Shown: piece by piece, positions 57,167 to 64,000 of the stretch
Numbering within the stretch: the first letter of the stretch is position 1
How the letters are laid out: each line of letters begins with the position of its first letter
Assembly (NCBI GenBank): GCA_045863335.1
Contig: BTVY01000005.1
Coordinates: 1 to 64,000 of the forward strand
DNA from: Candidatus Hydrogenedentota bacterium
GTDB taxonomy: Bacteria; Hydrogenedentota; Hydrogenedentia; Hydrogenedentales; SLHB01
Direction of reading: 5' to 3'
Length of the DNA: 64,000 nt
Made by a program: the position numbers and the translations under genes
The notes under the pieces: generated by a model
Databases searched by the model: none
What the model was told of the DNA's origin: nothing
Seen by the model: only the letters and a program-made list of their open reading frames with translations

Positions 57167-60100
57167 ATGTCAGACGCGGATTTGATAGCGCGGGTTCTTC
57201 GCGGCGACCGGGACCGGTTCGCGGAGTTGGTGGACCGGTATTTGCCCATGCTGCGGGGGCTGTGCGCAAGTTACGTTACCGACGCCGCGGCGCAGCAAGA
57301 CCTCGTGCAGGAAGCCTTCGTCTACGCCTACGAGAAGCTGGGCCGACTGCGGAATCCGGAGCGGTTCGCTCCCTGGCTCGCCCGAATCGGACGCAGCCGG
57401 TGCATCGACTGGTTGCGGCAGCAGCGGCGTCAGGAACGGTTTCACGAGCGCGCACACGAGATTGCGCCCGCCGCCGAGGACGGTTCGTCGGAAGTCATGG
57501 AGCGCGAACTGCGTGAATGGGTCCGCTCGCGAATCGATCGATTGCCGGACAAGACCCGGGAAGCGATGTTCCTCTGCTACATCGAGGGCCGCAGCACGGT
57601 GGAGGCCTCCCGGTTTCTGGGCGTCCGCGAGACGGCCTTGCGCAAACGGCTGGAGTATGGACGCAAACTCGTGGGCGACGCGCTCTGCGAAGACGTGGGC
57701 AAGACCGCGCCGGATTCCGCTTCCGGCGCGAAGCTGCGGAACCGCATTCTACTCGCCCTTCCCGCGGCGGCGGTTCCCACGAAGACGGCCGCAGCAAGCC
57801 TCGCCGGCGCGCTGGGTGGTTTGGGTTACGCGAAACTCGCGGCAGGGCTGATCGTGACAGCCGCTGCCGTTTACGGAGTGGTCGCCACCTGGCCCTGGAA
57901 TGCAGACACGCTGGACGATTCCGTCGCGCAAGCTTCTTCTACTAGTGTCGTTTCCATCGACGACGCAGCCCTGAGCGCCGATGACCAAGTTGCCGCTGTT
58001 TCCGAGCAAAACCGCAAGAACAAGACTTCATCGGGCGCCGAGTCCTCTTACGACCATTTCTTCTTCATCCGCCACAACCGCGTCCACGGACAGTTCGAGT
58101 CGAGTACCCTGGTTCTTGCTTCCATGACTACCGACGGCTTCGATGTGAAGGATTGGTTTACCCTCGATCGGTATTGGCCCGGTTTGCACCCTTGGTATGT
58201 AGGCGGCGGCAAGGTCTTCGCGACGACGGATGCTGGCGAAGGATCGCTCATCGCGATTGATATCGCCACTGGCACCGCCGAGGAGATCGCGAAGATAGCC
58301 GAGTTCTACGAGCGCGCCGGCAAGTTGTATGAGTTGCTCCAGGAGGGAGTCGCTGCGACCGTTTGTTTGTATGACTTCGAGCGACGCGCCCATCGCAATC
58401 TCATGTCCGTTCCATGGAATTCCGATGTTCGCGAGGCCCAGATTTCGCCCGATGGCCGATACATGGCGTACTCCATGCCCCCGCGAGAACGAACCAGTGA
58501 CGGCAACTTTCTGGTTCGCCCCCCGATTCTCCACGTAGCTGACTTCGAGAACAAGACTGTTGACCTACTTGGAGAAGCGGTTAAGATCATCAGACCCATG
58601 GTCTCCTTCTCAAGTGATTCGGTTGTAAGTATTCCTCTCATTTGGTTGAACAATTCCGAAATACTCGTCGTGCGTTCACAAGAGAGTGCGTCGCAGGCCG
58701 TGGACGATATGGCCCGCTTCCTGACGTTAGTCGATATTCACACCGGCACGATGACCGACCTTCTTCAGGTTCCGGGCAACTACATGAATCGAGTGCGGCT
58801 CTGGCCTGGGGAATGGGACGAACGTCCCATACTCAACGTTACGAGCCTTGGTCAGTTCGCGATCGATGCTGATACCAAGACGTTGACAGAATACGACGGC
58901 ATCGGCGGTAGTTTCCGTTTGACCCGGAAGGAAAGTGGTCGAAAGCTCTTTGATGGATCGCGCCAAGTCGCGGAGATGGAGGGCAACGGCGATCATCTCG
59001 TATCACCCGACGGGCGTCGCGTCGTCTGGGTCAACGAGCGTCAATACGCCGCAGTTGGCGCGGACGGTTCCTATGAACCCATGACGCTTTACTTCTACGA
59101 CACCGGCGATCGGGAAGTCCGAGAGCTGACCAAGGGCGAGTTCGAACTGCCTTATCCCGGTTGGCGGTGTTGGTTGCGCGAAGAGGACATGACGGCCACA
59201 GAAACGCCGCCGATTTCCGAGGAGGGATGGACTCCCTTCGAGTATCGTCCCTGGCCCGTGGAGCGGCCCAAAGCGCCCGACACGCGACCGGACATTCGTA
59301 ATTCGCTCGCGCTTGACGTGGCCACGGACGCCGAATCGTACTGGTTGCACGAACCCGTTGCGATCGCCATCACATTGACCAACATCGGCAACGAAGCGCT
59401 CACGGTGCTGCGGCCTGCCGTTTTTGATGAGCGAGTATTGGAGACCAGAGTGGACGGCCCGGGCTGGAGCGGCTTGGTCGATCAGATCCAAAGCTATCTC
59501 CCGGAACCGGAAGAGATCGTGCTGAACCCCGGCGAATCGGTCAGGGCTTCGGGCATGCTCGAGTGCGCGACAGAGGGCGGGTATACCGTCGAGGTCGAGT
59601 ACCGGGGCTATCGCGAGACGACGGGGCGGAGCTGGCGCGGACGTGTCGAGTCGGAAGCGGTTTCCTTTGAAATCCTGCGCTCCGCAGGTGACGCGGTTCT
59701 CTTCGAAGAGAAGGTCGCACGGCTGCTCGACAAGGCCATCTCTGAATTCGAATCCGATCCCGAATGGGATGGCGCGAACAATACACTCGAAGATCTTCAA
59801 GAGATGGGACCGGACATCGCGCCATATCTCATTCCGTTTATTTCCTCGCAACAGGACGCGCGATTCCGAAGTCTGCTCATGCGGCCCTTGGTCAATGTGG
59901 CGTCGTCCGACGCGTTGCCCTTCTTCGCTGATGTTGTGCAGTTCGGATCGGCGAAGGAACAGTCCAAGGCCATCGAAGGACTGCATCGCATTTACAAGCG
60001 CTACACGGGTAGTGGACGCGACGACATCGCCCAAAGCGCCCTCATCCATCTGCTCACGGCGATTCACACGCCGGACAACGATGCGCGGTTTACCCTGGTG

Positions 60101-60466
60101 CGGCTCCTCAGTCAGGTAAAGGATGGTCGCGTTCGCGAGACTCTCGAACGGGTCGTCGACGATCCAGACGAACGGATTCGTAACGCGGTCGCGCGTTACC
60201 TGGTCGCGTACGAGGGCACCGGTCTCGCCGATTGGCTTTCCGAAGCCGCGACTCAGCCCACGGCGATCACCTTCGCGGCGGCCAAGTCCGTCGTGCAGCA
60301 ACTCGAACAAACCTGGCGTCTCGACCACGGCAAACTTCCCGAGGAAGATTGGGCCCAAGTCTCCGGCGACGCCGCTGCGCTGGCCCATTACCGCGCCACC
60401 ATCCAATCCTGGGAACGTTGGGCCCGCGAAAATCCACGAAGCGCGGAGCAGTTTCTCCCCCAGTAG
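57167..60466 (+). CDS. ECF sigma factor with ~900-aa extension (TM, beta-propeller, Ig-like, HEAT repeats)
   Basis: QDLVQEAF..LRNPERFAPWL (region 2), RLPDKTREA..EASRFLG (region 4); TM near aa 215-245; SPDGR blades; HEAT-like C-terminus. Confidence 0.85.
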   Translation: MSDADLIARVLRGDRDRFAELVDRYLPMLRGLCASYVTDAAAQQDLVQEAFVYAYEKLGRLRNPERFAPWLARIGRSRCIDWLRQQRRQERFHERAHEIAPAAEDGSSEVMERELREWVRSRIDRLPDKTREAMFLCYIEGRSTVEASRFLGVRETALRKRLEYGRKLVGDALCEDVGKTAPDSASGAKLRNRILLALPAAAVPTKTAAASLAGALGGLGYAKLAAGLIVTAAAVYGVVATWPWNADTLDDSVAQASSTSVVSIDDAALSADDQVAAVSEQNRKNKTSSGAESSYDHFFFIRHNRVHGQFESSTLVLASMTTDGFDVKDWFTLDRYWPGLHPWYVGGGKVFATTDAGEGSLIAIDIATGTAEEIAKIAEFYERAGKLYELLQEGVAATVCLYDFERRAHRNLMSVPWNSDVREAQISPDGRYMAYSMPPRERTSDGNFLVRPPILHVADFENKTVDLLGEAVKIIRPMVSFSSDSVVSIPLIWLNNSEILVVRSQESASQAVDDMARFLTLVDIHTGTMTDLLQVPGNYMNRVRLWPGEWDERPILNVTSLGQFAIDADTKTLTEYDGIGGSFRLTRKESGRKLFDGSRQVAEMEGNGDHLVSPDGRRVVWVNERQYAAVGADGSYEPMTLYFYDTGDREVRELTKGEFELPYPGWRCWLREEDMTATETPPISEEGWTPFEYRPWPVERPKAPDTRPDIRNSLALDVATDAESYWLHEPVAIAITLTNIGNEALTVLRPAVFDERVLETRVDGPGWSGLVDQIQSYLPEPEEIVLNPGESVRASGMLECATEGGYTVEVEYRGYRETTGRSWRGRVESEAVSFEILRSAGDAVLFEEKVARLLDKAISEFESDPEWDGANNTLEDLQEMGPDIAPYLIPFISSQQDARFRSLLMRPLVNVASSDALPFFADVVQFGSAKEQSKAIEGLHRIYKRYTGSGRDDIAQSALIHLLTAIHTPDNDARFTLVRLLSQVKDGRVRETLERVVDDPDERIRNAVARYLVAYEGTGLADWLSEAATQPTAITFAAAKSVVQQLEQTWRLDHGKLPEEDWAQVSGDAAALAHYRATIQSWERWARENPRSAEQFLPQ

Positions 60467-60695
60467 GTCGGGAATGATTCCCGACCAGTCCCATTCTCGA
60501 CCCACCGCGCTCGAGTGGTGTGACTGCGAGTCTGCCCCGGAATCGAGTAATCACTGGACGTTCTGAACGAATTCGCACTGCACTCGCGATTGAGTCGACG
60601 CGTTGATTCTGTGGCTGAGTTCTATTGCCCAGGTGAAGCCATCGTGGAGGATCAGCTACCGAGAACTCCTTGGACGGGAATCATTCCCGTCCTAC
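60463..60695. repeat. Inverted pair of GTAG-type REPs
   Basis: 60463-60486 and 60672-60695; the first supplies the TAG stop of the ECF gene. Confidence 0.75.
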
Positions 60696-60747
60696 TTGCA
60701 ACAGTGCGCATAGCGCCTATCTATACGGGGCTGTCGTGTGGTAGAGT

Positions 60748-62190
60748 TTGTGGGTTTTGTTGTGGAGCGTTCTTCCCGTGAATACCGGGTCCAATCATAT
60801 CGACGAATCGCGCTGGGCCGGCCTGTCCGAGGTGCTTCGGCTGGCCATGCCGGCGATTCTCGCGTCCATCTCATGGACGGTCATGCAGTTCATCGACACG
60901 GCCATGGTCGGCCAACTCGGCCAGGTGCCTTTGGCAGCGGTCGGGTCGGCGGGCCTGTGGTCCTTCGTCATGAACACCTTCGCCGTGGGCGTGGTGGGGT
61001 GCGTGGCGACCTTCGTGGGGCAGAGCCTCGGACGGGGCCGCCTCCATGATTGCGGACGCTACGCGTGGCAGGGGATCTACCTCTCCCTCGCGACGGGCGT
61101 GCTTGCGCTCGTGTTCTGGCCGTTGGCCGATCCCATCTTTCACCTCATGCCGCACTCGCCCGATGTGACCCGCCAGGAGATTCTCTATTTCCGCGTGCGA
61201 CTCTTCGGATACGTGTTCATCGCGTGGCAGACCGCGCTCGCGTCGTTCTTTCAAGCAATCAACCGCCCCATGATCCCGATGGTTTCCGCTTTCGCGGCGA
61301 ACCTCGCAAACATCGTGCTGGACTACGGACTCATCTTCGGCAATTTTGGCTTGCCCCGAATGGAGGTAGCGGGGGCCGCCTTGGCGACGGTTATCGCGCT
61401 CGGTTTCCAGGTGGCGATCCTGCAATGGATTTTTGTCAGCAAACCCATGGAGCAAACCTACGCAACGCGTAGCGGATTTGCCTTCGATTGGCGCAAGACA
61501 TCGGAACTCTTCTCCGTCGGTTGGCCCGCAGGGATCTCGTTTTTGCTCGACGTGACAAACTGGGGTATCTTCACCAGCTTCATCGTCGGCTACTTCGGCG
61601 ACAGCGTGCTCGCGGCGCACACGGCGGCCATCGCCATCATGCACATTTCCTTCGTGCCGGCCATGGGACTCAACCAGGCCATTGCGCCCATCGTGGGCCA
61701 ATGGATTGGACGCGAGAATATCCCCATCGCCAAAGCGCGCGCGTATACGGGAACGAAGCTCGGTATCGCCTACATGTTTGCCATGGGCATGATCTTCGCC
61801 CTCCTTGGGCCATCCATCATTCATGCGTTCTTCATCAGCGATCCGAACGTGGTGAAGCTCTGTCACGTTTTTCTCATGATGGGTGCCGTGTTTCAGGGCT
61901 TTGACGCGATCAACATCGTCCTGTCCGGCGCACTACGCGGCGCGGGAGATACGCGATGGATCGCGGTGATGACGGCCATCGGTGCATACGGGATCTTCCT
62001 GCCCTCGGCCCTGGTGATGGCCTTTGTCTTTAACTGGGGCGCAATTGGCGCATGGCTCGGAGCGACGGTCTACATCATTCTGCTGAGCGGGGTGATGTTC
62101 CGGCGCTTCCACAGCGAGCGTTGGCGTCACATCAAGATCTTCCGCGCGGATCTCGTGGCGCCCATGGAGATCGCGGACGTCGCGAAGTAG
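60748..62190 (+). CDS. MATE-family efflux transporter
   Basis: RLAMPAI, IDTAMVGQLG, NIVLDYGLIFG..G.P..GAALAT, GALRGAGDT; ~12 TM; start may be GTG 60778. Confidence 0.93.
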   Translation: MWVLLWSVLPVNTGSNHIDESRWAGLSEVLRLAMPAILASISWTVMQFIDTAMVGQLGQVPLAAVGSAGLWSFVMNTFAVGVVGCVATFVGQSLGRGRLHDCGRYAWQGIYLSLATGVLALVFWPLADPIFHLMPHSPDVTRQEILYFRVRLFGYVFIAWQTALASFFQAINRPMIPMVSAFAANLANIVLDYGLIFGNFGLPRMEVAGAALATVIALGFQVAILQWIFVSKPMEQTYATRSGFAFDWRKTSELFSVGWPAGISFLLDVTNWGIFTSFIVGYFGDSVLAAHTAAIAIMHISFVPAMGLNQAIAPIVGQWIGRENIPIAKARAYTGTKLGIAYMFAMGMIFALLGPSIIHAFFISDPNVVKLCHVFLMMGAVFQGFDAINIVLSGALRGAGDTRWIAVMTAIGAYGIFLPSALVMAFVFNWGAIGAWLGATVYIILLSGVMFRRFHSERWRHIKIFRADLVAPMEIADVAK

Positions 62191-62289
62191 CGAAGCTGCA
62201 CGATAGATCGTTCAACGATGGAAGAACACGGGTGAGGGCACCTGTGTGTTTCAGGTACATGGGTCACAGGCGGGGACGCCTGTGCTCCT

Positions 62290-63999
62290 TTATTCGCCGC
62301 GTTCAATCACGTAGTGTCCGTCGACATAATTCCGGGTTCGGACGACCAGCATCTTCGCCTCCGTGTCGTAGTCCCACTGATTGCCCTCGGCGAGGCCGAC
62401 GCCATCGATGGTGATGTTTGCCGGCTTCGCATCCATCTTGATCCGGAGGATGTGCGGTTTCTCCTCACCGCCCAGACGCACTTCCAAGTTCTCGCCCGTA
62501 TTGTCGGCCACGATCGCTGAACGTCCGCTGCCGTCGGGATGGACCACTTCAAACTCGCTGCGCTCGCGGGGATAGATCAACCACGTGAGATACCCGTCCG
62601 ACATGCGATCGCCAAACCCCGTGTATTCTCGCTTCACGTCCATCGGAACGATCGCGCCATCGCGCACGTAGACCGGAAACTCGTCGAGCAGAAACTGGCG
62701 GGTGATCGTCGTAGGACCTTCGATGACCTCATCGTCTCCGAACAGGTACCGCCATTGTCCTTCCGGTAAAATCACCTCACGTTCAAAGGAGTCTTCATAG
62801 ATCGGGGCCACGAGGAAATCCTCGCCGAACAGGTACGTGTACTTTGACTCCAAGGGCCGCATCAGCGGTTCCCCGCCGAGGTGACAGGCGACCACGTGCG
62901 TGTAGATGTAGGGGATCAACTCCGTGTGGAGCCACGCGTACTCGCGCACAATCTCCCATTCGTCCGGCACCGATTCCCACAGCGCGCGGTTCGTGTGTCC
63001 ACCATTCAGGAACAACCCGCAGAATGCGGAGAACTGCGCCCATCGCGCATACAAACGCGGCGGGAATTCGCCGCCCGAGTAACCCGCCACGTCGGACCCA
63101 ATCACGTTGTATCCCATCGTCGCGCTGCGCAGGATATCAGCGATGGCCTCTTCGATGCCTTCCTCTTCCACGCTCCACGCATGGTCCTGGTCGCCGACCC
63201 AGTTCACCGGAGAAGCATCGATGGGCGCGAATCCTTCGGGGTGCGCCTTCGTGTCGAGCCAGTACTTCCATTCGCTGTTCTCGCCTTCGTCGTCGAGCAG
63301 GCCGATTCGATCCGTCGATCGCGACAAGGTGATGAACTCGGGATTCTGCGTGAGACCGTGTTGATACTCATCGCGGTAGTAGTGGTCCATGTACGTGCGC
63401 GTCGTCATCACGCCGGAGTGGACGCGCCGGTACGGCAGGGGGACCGGTCCCAACTGCGTGCGAAAGGAGGTTGCCGCGCCATCGAGTTTCCAGCCGTCGA
63501 TGCCCCAGTCAAAAACCTGCTGCTGCAAGCCGCGCCACCATTCCATGGCGGCGGGATTGCTGTAGTCGACGAATCCGCCGCGGCCTTTCCACCAGCCGGT
63601 CGGTTCGCCTCCCCCCGCAAGGTAGCCGTTCTCGCGGGCTTCTTCGTACCAGTCCGAGGAATCCTGAATCGCAGTATCTTTGCTGGAACTGTTGACCATG
63701 CTGGTCATCCACAGCACGACGCGATAGCCGTCGTTTTCCAGTTCGCCAAAAAACTGCGCCGGATTCGGGTACCGCTCTTCGTCGACAATGAAATCGTTAT
63801 ACCGCGTACTCCACGGACTGTCGATGAGGATCGTCCGCACGGGGAAGTCGTGCTCTTCGTATCCGGCCAGCAATTCGCGCACAGCCTCCGCGGTATTAAC
63901 GTCGTCTTCCCACACCCAGCATTCCAGCGCCCAGGCAGGCGTCAAAGGCGGCGTACCGTGCCGCTGCTCGTTGAACGGCATCCCCCAGAACGGCAGCAC
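62290..63999 (-). CDS. Glycoside hydrolase family 31 protein (5' end beyond the window)
   Basis: IDSPW, DYSNPAAMEWW, GIDGWKLD nucleophile motif, WVGD, GSDVAGY, RWAQF, FLVAP. Confidence 0.88.
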   Translation of the reverse strand: MLPFWGMPFNEQRHGTPPLTPAWALECWVWEDDVNTAEAVRELLAGYEEHDFPVRTILIDSPWSTRYNDFIVDEERYPNPAQFFGELENDGYRVVLWMTSMVNSSSKDTAIQDSSDWYEEARENGYLAGGGEPTGWWKGRGGFVDYSNPAAMEWWRGLQQQVFDWGIDGWKLDGAATSFRTQLGPVPLPYRRVHSGVMTTRTYMDHYYRDEYQHGLTQNPEFITLSRSTDRIGLLDDEGENSEWKYWLDTKAHPEGFAPIDASPVNWVGDQDHAWSVEEEGIEEAIADILRSATMGYNVIGSDVAGYSGGEFPPRLYARWAQFSAFCGLFLNGGHTNRALWESVPDEWEIVREYAWLHTELIPYIYTHVVACHLGGEPLMRPLESKYTYLFGEDFLVAPIYEDSFEREVILPEGQWRYLFGDDEVIEGPTTITRQFLLDEFPVYVRDGAIVPMDVKREYTGFGDRMSDGYLTWLIYPRERSEFEVVHPDGSGRSAIVADNTGENLEVRLGGEEKPHILRIKMDAKPANITIDGVGLAEGNQWDYDTEAKMLVVRTRNYVDGHYVIERGE

Positions 64000-64000
64000 C

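Overview
GC-rich bacterial chromosomal window; the gene styles (PVC-type heme protein, membrane-anchored ECF sigma, many glycoside hydrolases) suggest a Hydrogenedentota/PVC-like organism, which is inference only. Housekeeping and metabolic genes: sdhCAB, uvrC, DEAD-box helicase, DAHP synthase, MoxR-DUF58-transglutaminase operon, lptFG, L-rhamnose isomerase, ComF, MATE, GH95/GH172/GH31. An ~18 kb cluster of DUF899/VOC/YciI/SRPBCC/DoxX/DUF1428 genes ends in an ECF42-type sigma factor and carries two near-identical putative target promoters. Three short flagellin genes plus flaG follow. The most striking feature is a ~510-nt leader between a consensus sigma28 promoter and the second flagellin. 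It holds 26 GGA (14 ANGGA) motifs, many in hairpin loops, and no TCC, so it looks like a CsrB/RsmZ-like CsrA sponge built into a flagellin transcript. Intergenic DNA holds several families of REP-like palindromes, CTAG-bounded MITEs and 7/9/31-bp tandem repeats. No rRNA, tRNA, CRISPR array, integrase or transposase was found. Counts and alignments were done by eye; family assignments come from motif recognition, not database searches.
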